64,000 bases of DNA from an uncultured Pseudomonadales bacterium (GTDB lineage Bacteria > Pseudomonadota > Gammaproteobacteria > Pseudomonadales > Azotimanducaceae), in contig CATOTI010000002.1 in NCBI GenBank assembly GCA_951813295.1, positions 2,674,522-2,738,521 on the forward strand, written 5' to 3'. The notes below the pieces were generated by a model, which was given only the letters and a program-made list of their open reading frames with translations, had not been told where the DNA came from and did not search any database. This document shows, piece by piece, positions 9,339-16,938 of the stretch. Each line of letters starts with the position of its first letter. Positions within the stretch are counted from its first letter, which is position 1. Both the position numbers and the translations under genes were made by a program.

Positions 9339-9988
9339 CTATTCTCCCCGTGCTTTCTTGAGCTGACGTTCTTTGTTTGCGCGTTCGCGGCTCGCGATCG
9401 GGGCGGCGAGGAAACGCTCGAGCTTGGCGATGGTCGCGTCGGGTCCGAAGGCGGCGTCGAATACCTCGAGCAACCCGAGCGGTTCGCTCCCATAGGCGTC
9501 GATATGAACAGAATCGCCCGTGCGTACAACGCCTTGTTCGATCACCCGGCAGTAGCACCCGGGTCGTCGGGCAGCCCGAAATCGACGGGCAAATCCCGCG
9601 TCGTTCATTCGCCCACCGAGTGTGGCGCATGGAATCCGCGGTGCGGTGATCTCGAGGACGACGCTCGAACCGACGACGATCCGATCGCCGATCGCACGAT
9701 CGCACGATCGATGCAGGTGAAATCTTCGATCAGCAGGTTTTCGCCGAAACGGCCCGGGTCGACGTCGATACGCTTGTTTCGCCACCACGAATAGTCGATC
9801 GATCCGTAGAGGTAGACCGCCTGGTCGGGCCCGCCGTGGTGCTTCGTATTCACGACCGCATCGCCCGTCACGCCGAGGCGTTTGATTTCTGCGGCATCGA
9901 CGGGTGTCTTGTCGATGCCGGTGGTCACGGACCGGCCGTTGACGGCGAGGTGGCGCCGTTGACCGACGAGCACGTGTGAGATCTGCAT
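9339..9988 (-). pseudogene. MOSC domain protein (YiiM-like) interrupted by a frameshift
   Basis: The N-terminal part is MQISHVLVGQRRH...GENLLIEDFTCIDRA and the C-terminal part is DRAIGDRIVVGSSVVLEITAPRIPC..., in different frames. An 8-nt tandem duplication ATCGCACG ATCGCACG lies at 9691-9706. Removing one copy restores a single frame. Confidence 0.75.
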
Positions 9989-10002
9989 GGAACCATTAGA
10001 GA

Positions 10003-10094
10003 CGGTGCATCCAAAGATGCCAAGGCGGTGCATCCAAAGATGCCAAGGCGGTGCATCCAAAGATGCCAAGGCGGTGCATCCGGCGATGCCGAGA
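10003..10094. repeat. four head-to-tail 23-bp repeats (three identical, one degenerate), each with a GCATC-N4-GATGC inverted repeat
   Basis: The unit CGGTGCATCCAAAGATGCCAAGG occurs at 10003-10025, 10026-10048 and 10049-10071. The fourth unit, CGGTGCATCCGGCGATGCCGAGA, is at 10072-10094. The array lies between the divergent MOSC and GST genes. Confidence 0.95.
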
Positions 10095-10160
10095 CATAGG
10101 GTGTCGTCACGCGTTCCGGCTATGCTTCGCTCTTTATGATGTGAAGAGCCAGGGGGAAAC

Positions 10161-10790
10161 ATGAAGCTCTACGAATTTACCCAGGCGCCGAACCCGCGCC
10201 GCGTCCGGATTTTTCTGGCCGAAAAGGGTGTTGAGGTCGAGTCGGTTCAGGTCGACATCGTTGGTGGTGAGAACCTCGCTGACGAGTTCAAGGCGATCAA
10301 CCCGCGCGGTGTCCTACCGACGCTTGTGCTCGACGACGGCACTGTGATCGACGAGTCGCCCGCGATCTACCGCTACTTCGAGCTGACGCACCCCGAACCG
10401 CCGTTGATGGGGACCGATGCCGCATCCCAGGCGTATATCGCGTCGGTCGAGCGGCATATGGAGTTCGACGGTATCCAGGCGATCGGTGATGTATTCCGCA
10501 ACTCCAACCCGGCGTTTGCTACGCGGCGGAAGACGGGACAGTCGGGTGACGCCTCGATCGAAGGCCTGGTCGAGCAGGGCCGCGTCGGCGTCGAGCGGTT
10601 CTTCGACTCCCTGAATGCGCGGCTAGCCGATTCCGAATATGTCGCGGGGGATACGTTCACGATTGCCGATATCACGGCGCTCTGTGCCGTCGATTTCGCG
10701 AAGTGGATTCGTATGCCGCTCGGCGATGGGCGCGAGCATGCCAATCGCTGGCACGCGAGTGTCTCGGCCCGACCGAGCGCGTCGGCTTAA
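10161..10790 (+). CDS. glutathione S-transferase
   Basis: It shows a GST N-terminal thioredoxin-like pattern (INPRGVLPTLVLDDG) and a C-terminal helical domain. The ATG is preceded by AGGGGGAAAC. Confidence 0.9.
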   Translation: MKLYEFTQAPNPRRVRIFLAEKGVEVESVQVDIVGGENLADEFKAINPRGVLPTLVLDDGTVIDESPAIYRYFELTHPEPPLMGTDAASQAYIASVERHMEFDGIQAIGDVFRNSNPAFATRRKTGQSGDASIEGLVEQGRVGVERFFDSLNARLADSEYVAGDTFTIADITALCAVDFAKWIRMPLGDGREHANRWHASVSARPSASA

Positions 10791-10810
10791 CGAAGATTTA
10801 GCCTGTTGGC

Positions 10811-10865
10811 GGCAGTTTTTGCGCTAGCAAAAACTGCACACCGAGTCGGCTTCAAGCCGACTCGG
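10811..10865. repeat. REP-type double hairpin, probable bidirectional terminator between convergent genes
   Basis: Hairpin 1 is GCAGTTTTTGC/GCAAAAACTGC (10812-10837). Hairpin 2 is CCGAGTCGGC/GCCGACTCGG (10841-10865). The same module occurs at 60231-60287 and a related hairpin at 62697-62724. Confidence 0.7.
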
Positions 10866-11184
10866 CCTCGGGTTGGAGTTTGACGGCCGTCCCGACGGCA
10901 AGCAGCTCCGCGGCGCCGCCCATCAGCACAGACGTCGTAAAGCGAACGCCGACGATCGCGTCGGCGCCTAACCGATGTGCTTCGTCGACCATGCGGTCGA
11001 GCGCTTGCTCGCGGCTTTCCGCCACGAGCTTGGTGAACTCGTGGATCTCCCCACCGACGATATGACGTAACCCCGCCATGATGTCCTTGCCGACGTGGCG
11101 CGCGCGGATCGTATTGCCGCGGACGAGTCCCAGCGACTCGACGATCCGGCTACCGGCAATCGTTTCTGTGGTCACGACAATCAT
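10852..11184 (-). CDS. YbjQ/UPF0145 family protein
   Basis: The 110-aa protein reads MIVVTTETIAG...VRGNTIRARHVGKDI...GADAIVGVRF, typical of the YbjQ family. Confidence 0.85.
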   Translation of the reverse strand: MIVVTTETIAGSRIVESLGLVRGNTIRARHVGKDIMAGLRHIVGGEIHEFTKLVAESREQALDRMVDEAHRLGADAIVGVRFTTSVLMGGAAELLAVGTAVKLQPEAESA

Positions 11185-11628
11185 CTAGATCTCCACGTCC
11201 CTGTACTTATCCGTCTTTTGCTCGATCAGGCGTTGTCGCGCGACCGATATCAGCAGCAGCACCAAACCGCCGTAGACACCGGCGACGATCAATTTGGCCA
11301 GCGTCGAGACGTCGGAAGCCCCAAAGAATGAGACGACACCGACGGTGGCTGCCAGGACAACACCGCCGATGAATACGACCCAGCCGACGTTCCGTGTCGT
11401 TTCTACTGTAGGTTCATTCATTCTCTCTCTCCATTCCGTGGTGTTGACCTCCTCGAGGTCGAGTTCGGCGAATCGAGCTCTGAGCTCCTCGAGTTCATCG
11501 AGTTTCCGGCGACACGTTTCACAGTCCCGGGCGTGTACTTCGACGAACTGTCGCTGTTGCTGGGTCAACTCGCCGTCGACGTAGCCGCTCATGAGCGGGC
11601 CGAGGACATCGCAACGATCATCGTTCAT
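11185..11628 (-). CDS. anti-sigma factor (zf-HC2 type, single TM)
   Basis: It carries the H-x3-C-x2-C motif (HARDCETCRRKL) and a C-terminal TM segment. It overlaps the ECF sigma gene stop by 4 nt. Confidence 0.8.
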   Translation of the reverse strand: MNDDRCDVLGPLMSGYVDGELTQQQRQFVEVHARDCETCRRKLDELEELRARFAELDLEEVNTTEWRERMNEPTVETTRNVGWVVFIGGVVLAATVGVVSFFGASDVSTLAKLIVAGVYGGLVLLLISVARQRLIEQKTDKYRDVEI

Positions 11629-12164
11629 GGGTTCATTTTCTCGCTTAGTCGCTGGCGCGCACGGTGCAGCCGCGACATGACCGTGCCCCGAGGCACGGTG
11701 AGGATCACGGCAATATCGGCGTACGCGAGCCCCAGGTAGTCGCGCAGGATCAGGATTTCGCGTTGCTCCGCGTCGAGTGTGTCGAGGTGGTGCTGTAGGG
11801 TCTTCTTCGCTTGATTAAGTTCCGAATCGGTCGCGGGATCGTCAACGGCGGCAACGTCCGTCGGATCGATGTCGGATGCCCGGCGACTGGAACGTGAGCG
11901 CCGACGGAGTTCGTCGATGCAGCGATTTCTCACGATTCGCAGGAACCAGGTTTTCAACGACCCGCGTTGTGGATCGAACGAGTCGCCCTTCGTCAGGGCG
12001 CCTTCCATAGCGTCCTGGACGGCGTCCGCGGCATCGTCGCGGTTACCGAGCAGTTGCATCGCGAGCGCGTGCCCCGGTGAACCGAGCGCGATCACGTCGT
12101 CGATCATGCGCGGCGGCTCAAGCTCTTCGCGAATGACGGCGGCCGTGGTGGGCATTGTCACCAT
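11625..12164 (-). CDS. ECF-type RNA polymerase sigma-70 factor
   Basis: Region 2 reads FDPQRGSLKTWFLRIVRNRCIDELRRR. Region 4 reads REILILRDYLGLAYADIAVILTVPRGTVMSRLHRAR. Confidence 0.9.
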   Translation of the reverse strand: MVTMPTTAAVIREELEPPRMIDDVIALGSPGHALAMQLLGNRDDAADAVQDAMEGALTKGDSFDPQRGSLKTWFLRIVRNRCIDELRRRSRSSRRASDIDPTDVAAVDDPATDSELNQAKKTLQHHLDTLDAEQREILILRDYLGLAYADIAVILTVPRGTVMSRLHRARQRLSEKMNP

Positions 12165-12197
12165 GCGCTGGGTCTTCAGTCAGTGTCATGATCGTAC

Positions 12198-12224
12198 TTA
12201 CGTTCATGGATTTGGATTTATTCC
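12198..12224 (-). promoter_or_regulatory. candidate ECF-type autoregulatory promoter
   Basis: The minus strand reads GGAAT-N17-CGTAA about 30-60 nt upstream of the sigma gene start. This resembles GAAC...CGT ECF promoters. Confidence 0.3.
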
Positions 12225-12284
12225 AAACGCCTTTGTGGTGCAACGGTAGGCTTCGACACTTGGTTGTTGACAGGTGGAAAAGCG

Positions 12285-13190
12285 GTGGCGAAACAGAGGG
12301 CATTTATCGATTGTGACCCGGGCCAGGATGACGCACTCGCGATCATGCTCGCGGCTCGTCATCTCGACATTGTCGGTGTGGCGTCGGTGGCGGGGAACGC
12401 GAGCATCGAGAACACCACCACCAACGCGTTACGCCTTCTCGAACTCGTCCGTGTCGCCGCACCCGTTTTTCGCGGGGCCGCTGGTCCGCTCGTCGGCGAC
12501 GCGATCACGGCCATCGAGGTGCATGGCCAGAGCGGTCTCGACGGTGTCGACATTGCCGCTCCGACGCAGGCCGTCGATCCGATACCAGCGGCGCAAGCCC
12601 TGGTTGATCTCGATAGTGATGTACCGATCGTTGCGGTCGGTCCCCTCACGAACCTGGCGCTGGCGCTCGGCCTCGACGAACGCTTCGGGATGCGCACCGG
12701 TGCGGTTTACGTCATGGGCGGCAGTACCACGATCGGCAACGTCACGTCGGTCGCCGAGTTCAATATCTATGCAGACCCCGAAGCCGCGGCGCGGGTTTTT
12801 GCCTCGCCCCTGTCGATCACGCTCGCCACGCTCGATCTGACACGACAGTTCCAAAGCGACGATGGGATGCTCGAAACCCTCGAGGCAGCGGGAACGCCCA
12901 TCGCCAAAGCCGCCGCGCAGGTTCTCACCTTTCTGCACGAGCGAATGATCTCGTTCACGGGCGAGCGGCGCTCGGCCATGCACGATCCCTGCGCGGTGCT
13001 CGCGCTCACGCATCCGGAACTCTTCGAGTTCCAGTCCTGTTCGGCGGCAGTCGAGACGGACGGGCGCCTGACGCGCGGCATGACGGTGATTGATCAACGC
13101 GCGCGAGCGGCCGAAGGAAACATTCGGTTTGCGCGCACGATCGACGCGGCAGCGGCGCGCGAAGTACTGCTGGATGCGTTGATGGCGTGA
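12285..13190 (+). CDS. nucleoside hydrolase (inosine/uridine-preferring family)
   Basis: The N-terminal FIDCDPGQDDALAI aspartate cluster is present. GTG 12285 is preceded by AGGTGGA. The track start is TTG 12264. Confidence 0.85.
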   Translation: MAKQRAFIDCDPGQDDALAIMLAARHLDIVGVASVAGNASIENTTTNALRLLELVRVAAPVFRGAAGPLVGDAITAIEVHGQSGLDGVDIAAPTQAVDPIPAAQALVDLDSDVPIVAVGPLTNLALALGLDERFGMRTGAVYVMGGSTTIGNVTSVAEFNIYADPEAAARVFASPLSITLATLDLTRQFQSDDGMLETLEAAGTPIAKAAAQVLTFLHERMISFTGERRSAMHDPCAVLALTHPELFEFQSCSAAVETDGRLTRGMTVIDQRARAAEGNIRFARTIDAAAAREVLLDALMA

Positions 13191-13193
13191 GGG

Positions 13194-13432
13194 CCTGGGA
13201 AGCTTTGACTGACCGGAGGGGTAGGCTGGATTGCAGCTTGCTCTTTCTTGTGGGGGCTCCGCCCCCACGCCCCCGCCGGATCGGCGCTGAGTCTGAGTTG
13301 GCGGATGGGGGAATCTCGCCGCGCGCCCAGTGCGGCGCGGGGTCGCTGTGCGTAGTTCCCCCCTGGCGCGCTTGCGCGCCCGGGCCCCGGAGGCGGGCGT
13401 GATCGCCGGAAGGCCTCGTTCGATGTCGTGCG
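13194..13432 (+). repeat. copy 1 of a duplicated ~165-nt intergenic element (carries a ~70-nt internal insertion)
   Basis: It shares identical runs of 34, 20 and 26 nt with 13493-13660. Extra sequence is inserted at 13254-13323. Confidence 0.9.
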
Positions 13433-13492
13433 GGATTTTTGAGGGTGGTTGGTCGGCGTCGCCGGACGCGCTGGGAAGTCGGATTGCGCGGC

Positions 13493-13660
13493 GCTGGGAA
13501 GCCCGCTTCACCGGAGGAGTAGGCTGGATTGCAGCTTGCTCTTTCTTGTGGGAGCCCAGTTCGGCGCGGGGTCGCTGTGCGCGGTTCCCCCCTGGCGCGC
13601 TTGCGCGCCGGGGCCCCGGGGGTGGGCTTGTTCGCCGGAACGCTTCGTTCGTTGGTCTGC
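13493..13660 (+). repeat. copy 2 of the duplicated ~165-nt intergenic element
   Basis: Shared runs are GTAGGCTGGATTGCAGCTTGCTCTTTCTTGTGGG, CGGCGCGGGGTCGCTGTGCG and GTTCCCCCCTGGCGCGCTTGCGCGCC. The last run forms a GC-rich hairpin. Confidence 0.9.
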
Positions 13661-13687
13661 GAATGATGGGCGCGCGAGCGTTGTCGG

Positions 13688-13960
13688 TTAGATCTCCGGT
13701 GGTACGTACCCGGCCGGTTCGTCGTAGTCCTCGTTCGCGAGGAACTTCTGCATCTGCTCGCGCAGGTAGGCGCGCGCGGCGGCGTCGATCATGGACAGAT
13801 GCTTCTCGTTGATGAGCATGGTCTGAACTTCGATCCATGCGTCCCACGCCGCTTGGCTGACGTTTTCGAAAATGTGTGTGCCGAGATCGCCGGGGAGAGG
13901 TGGCGTCGCGAGCCCCGGTAGCTCTTTGTCGTATTTGGCGCAGTGCACGAGTCGGGTCAT
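13688..13960 (-). CDS. yggX: oxidative damage protection / Fe(2+)-trafficking protein YggX
   Basis: The 90-aa protein reads MTRLVHCAKYDKELPGL...INEKHLSM. It overlaps the mutY stop, matching the conserved mutY-yggX pair. Confidence 0.9.
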   Translation of the reverse strand: MTRLVHCAKYDKELPGLATPPLPGDLGTHIFENVSQAAWDAWIEVQTMLINEKHLSMIDAAARAYLREQMQKFLANEDYDEPAGYVPPEI

Positions 13961-15027
13961 GTGAGTTCGAAGGCCTCCGTAAAGCTTCGCGCGAGGCGCA
14001 TGAGTCTAGCCGCGATCGTCGAGAGCCCGACCGGTGCATCCGGGTCGTCGAACCAGCCCGCGCTTCGCTCGGCGACCACGTCGGGACGTTGGCTGATCAC
14101 GACGACGATGGGGTGGACGGTGAGATCGAAATGGGTAAAGCCGTGTTCGATCGGCGGGCATTCGTGCACGGCGTGAACGTCGGCTTGTTCGAGGTGAGTG
14201 TCGGCGAGGAAACGTTCGATCGGCGTCCCGGGTGCGTATTCGGGGGGCGAGTACAGGCCGCCCCAGATGCCTTCGTCGGGGCGGCGTTCGAGCCAGACCG
14301 AACCGTCTCGGGTCACCGCGACGTAGAAACGTCGGGTTTCGTGACGTCGGGTGGTGGGTTTGGTCTTACGGGCGGGAAAACTGGCCCAGTCGCCGTGTTC
14401 TCGTGCGCCGCAGCTTCGCTCGACCGCGCAGTCTTCGCATAGCGGATTCGTGCGCGTACAAACGGTCGCGCCGAGATCCATGATCGCCTGGGTGTAGTCG
14501 GCGACGCGACGCCATGGGGTTAGCGCTTCGGCGTGGGACCAGAGGGCGGCTTGCGTCGCCGCGCGGGTCGGATCGCCGTCGATCCGAAACTGGCGCGACA
14601 GTACGCGTTTGACGTTGCCGTCGAGGATCGTTGCGCGTTTGCCGTGCGCCTGCGCGACGATGGCCGCGGCTGTCGAACGGCCGATGCCGGCCAGTTTTTC
14701 GAGTTCGCGCGGATCGGTCGGTAGTTCGCCTGCGTGTTCGGCCATGATGTCGACGGCTGCGCGATGCAGGTTGCGGGCGCGGCTGTAGTAGCCGAGCCCA
14801 CTCCAGGCGTGGAGCACACGGTCGATCGGTGCGTTGGCGAGATGGGCGACAGTCGGGAAGGCTTCGATGAATCGCTCGAAATAGCCGATCACGGTGGTGA
14901 CCTGGGTCTGCTGGAGCATGATCTCGGAAACCCAGACGCGGTAGGGCGTGCGGTCCCGTTGCCAGGGCAGGTCTTTGCGGCCGTTCTCGTCCCACCAGAA
15001 GAGCAATCGTTCAGCGAAGGTCGTCAA
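13957..15027 (-). CDS. mutY: A/G-specific adenine DNA glycosylase
   Basis: It has the HhH-GPD motif (LAGIGRSTAAAI), an Fe-S cluster pattern (C-x6-C-x2-C-x5-C) and a C-terminal NUDIX-like domain. Confidence 0.95.
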   Translation of the reverse strand: MTTFAERLLFWWDENGRKDLPWQRDRTPYRVWVSEIMLQQTQVTTVIGYFERFIEAFPTVAHLANAPIDRVLHAWSGLGYYSRARNLHRAAVDIMAEHAGELPTDPRELEKLAGIGRSTAAAIVAQAHGKRATILDGNVKRVLSRQFRIDGDPTRAATQAALWSHAEALTPWRRVADYTQAIMDLGATVCTRTNPLCEDCAVERSCGAREHGDWASFPARKTKPTTRRHETRRFYVAVTRDGSVWLERRPDEGIWGGLYSPPEYAPGTPIERFLADTHLEQADVHAVHECPPIEHGFTHFDLTVHPIVVVISQRPDVVAERSAGWFDDPDAPVGLSTIAARLMRLARSFTEAFELT

Positions 15028-15117
15028 ATGGGTGGCCTCGGCTCGAATCCGTCATTCTAGCCCCCATCTTTGCCTACTCGGGTTGGTAGGCTAGGTGAAT
15101 TCGAAAGGTGGAACGAC

Positions 15118-15510
15118 GTGACGGACGTAGGTAGTTGGACACCCGCGGCAGCGGAACTGGGCGAGACCCATCGCGAAGCGCTGTTGCGGGTCGCAGACGG
15201 CGTGCTCGCCGAGCGATTCTCCGTCGAAGGCGACGATCTCGAACGCGTGCGCCAGGTCATGACGGCAACGAAGAGCGCCATCGCAACCTTCATCGACGGG
15301 GTCGATTCGGAAACGCTCATCCAATGGGTCCGCGTCGCGACCCGTGCCGAGGTGATACCCGGCTGTGATGTCGGTGCCAAGTCACCGGTGATCGCGATGG
15401 CGCGACTCTTGCGTGAACGCGGCGACTATCCGGATACGCTGACAGCTTGGATCCGATCGCAGTCGAATAACCGGTTTCTACCCTACGGGAGCTTGATGGA
15501 CCGGTTGTAG
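15118..15510 (+). CDS. hypothetical protein
   Basis: GTG 15118 is preceded by AAAGGTGGA. The 130-aa product looks soluble and no family was recognised. The track start is TTG 15070. Confidence 0.5.
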   Translation: MTDVGSWTPAAAELGETHREALLRVADGVLAERFSVEGDDLERVRQVMTATKSAIATFIDGVDSETLIQWVRVATRAEVIPGCDVGAKSPVIAMARLLRERGDYPDTLTAWIRSQSNNRFLPYGSLMDRL

Positions 15511-15595
15511 CTCGCGCGCGAGCAGCGCATGGCCTTCTTGTCCCCATTTGCCGGGTCGTTTACTTTCGCGGCCCCACTCACCTGGCAGTAGCACG

Positions 15596-16180
15596 ATGCG
15601 GACCGCGAATACCTCCCGCGACACGCTCGAGACGCAAATCACGGTCGCCGTGAATCTCGACGGATCGGGTCAGTCGACCCTCGATACCGGCTTGCCGTTC
15701 TTCGAGCACATGCTCGATCAAGTGGCGCGTCACGGTCGGCTCGATCTCGATGTTCACGCCAAAGGCGATCTCGAAATCGATGCGCATCACACTGTCGAGG
15801 ACGTCGGTATCACGTTCGGCCAGGCGCTCGGCGAAGCGGCGGGTGATCGGCGTGGGATCTACCGATACGGCCACGCCTACGTCCCGCTCGACGAAGCTCT
15901 CTCCCGCGTGGTGATCGACTTCTCCGGACGTCCCGGGCTCGAATGGCGGGTCGATTTCGCCCGGGCGCGGGTCGGCGATTTCGATGTCGATCTCCTGCAT
16001 GAGTTTTTCCAGGGATTCGTCAATCACGCCGGTGTGACGTTGCACGTGGACAACCTTCACGGCGTCAACGCACACCACCAAGCCGAGACGATCTTCAAAG
16101 CCTTCGGGCGCGCGCTGCGCGCCGCGCTGGAACCCGATCCCCGCACGTTCGACACGCCGTCGACGAAAGGCACTTTGTAA
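15596..16180 (+). CDS. hisB: imidazoleglycerol-phosphate dehydratase
   Basis: The sequence [19 protein letters not shown]...HHTVEDVGI...[19 protein letters not shown] is typical of HisB. Confidence 0.9.
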   Translation: MRTANTSRDTLETQITVAVNLDGSGQSTLDTGLPFFEHMLDQVARHGRLDLDVHAKGDLEIDAHHTVEDVGITFGQALGEAAGDRRGIYRYGHAYVPLDEALSRVVIDFSGRPGLEWRVDFARARVGDFDVDLLHEFFQGFVNHAGVTLHVDNLHGVNAHHQAETIFKAFGRALRAALEPDPRTFDTPSTKGTL

Positions 16181-16188
16181 GTCGACCG

Positions 16189-16938
16189 ATGCTTCTCATT
16201 CCCGCGATCGATCTCAAGAACGGCCAGTGCGTGCAGCTCAAACAAGGTGTCATGGATTCGGCGTCGATCTACTCGGATGACCCGGTCGCGATGTCGAAGC
16301 ATTGGCGCGATGCCGGTGCGCGGCGGATCCATGTCGTCGATCTCGACGGCGCTTTTGCCGGCGTCCCGCGTAACCGAGATCTCGTCGAAGCGATCGTCGA
16401 GGCGGTGGCACCGGTCCCGGTCGAGATCGGTGGCGGCATTCGTGATCGGGCGATTGCGACGAGTTACCTCGACGCGGGCGTCGCGCAGGTGATCATCGGG
16501 ACCGCCGCGCTCGAAGATCCGGATTTCTTCCGCGCACTCGTCGTCGATTTTCCGGGTCGCGTCATCCTGGGGCTCGATGCCCGCGAAGGTCGTGTCGCGA
16601 CGCGTGGGTGGGACGAGACCAGTGATGTCCTGGCGAGCGATCTGGCGCGCTCGCTCTGCTCGGAAGGTGTTTTTGCGGTCGTCTTCACGGACGTTGCGCG
16701 CGACGGCATGTTGACGGGTGTGAACGCTGAAGCGACGGCGGAAATGGCGGAAGCCGTTGGTTCGCCGATCATCGCCTCGGGGGGCGTCAAGAGTCTCGAT
16801 GATCTCGAACGCCTCGTCGCGATGAACCTACCGTCGACGGCGCTCCTCGGCGCGATTACGGGTTCTGCGCTCTACGAGGGAACGCTCGACTTTGCAGCCG
16901 GCCAGGCGCTACTCGATCACGCGGCGGGAGAAGCTTAG
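16189..16938 (+). CDS. hisA: 1-(5-phosphoribosyl)-5-[(5-phosphoribosylamino)methylideneamino]imidazole-4-carboxamide isomerase
   Basis: The N-terminus is MLLIPAIDLKNGQCVQLKQG, and VDLDGA and GGGIR motifs are present. Confidence 0.9.
   Translation: MLLIPAIDLKNGQCVQLKQGVMDSASIYSDDPVAMSKHWRDAGARRIHVVDLDGAFAGVPRNRDLVEAIVEAVAPVPVEIGGGIRDRAIATSYLDAGVAQVIIGTAALEDPDFFRALVVDFPGRVILGLDAREGRVATRGWDETSDVLASDLARSLCSEGVFAVVFTDVARDGMLTGVNAEATAEMAEAVGSPIIASGGVKSLDDLERLVAMNLPSTALLGAITGSALYEGTLDFAAGQALLDHAAGEA

Noticed and set aside
8506-9705. A 399-aa ORF covers the methyltransferase plus an upstream Arg-rich extension.
   Set aside because: The extension is out of frame with two better-supported genes, the small membrane protein and the MOSC C-terminus. 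The methyltransferase has a GGAGGA-GTG start at 9090.
10003-10094. The 23-bp repeats might be a CRISPR array.
   Set aside because: The units are directly abutting with no spacers. There are only four copies and no cas genes in the window.
9605-10162. A 185-aa ORF extends the MOSC gene upstream through the 23-bp repeats.
   Set aside because: Translation of the repeat array gives a repetitive nonsense peptide (LGIAGCTALASLDAPPWHLWMHRLGIFGCT). The MOSC homology starts at MQISHVLVG (ATG 9988).
13187-13691. Two small ORFs (71 and 80 aa) share the peptide LDCSLLFLVGA and might be a duplicated small-protein gene.
   Set aside because: The shared peptide simply reflects the duplicated DNA element. 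There is no Shine-Dalgarno sequence, the reading frame is not maintained across the ~70-nt insertion, and the composition is unlike a protein.
12429-14039. A 536-aa minus-strand ORF spans the nucleoside hydrolase gene, the repeat region and yggX.
   Set aside because: It is extremely Arg/Pro/Ala-rich and lies antisense to a well-supported gene. It runs straight through non-coding repeats. This is a typical stop-free artefact of high GC.
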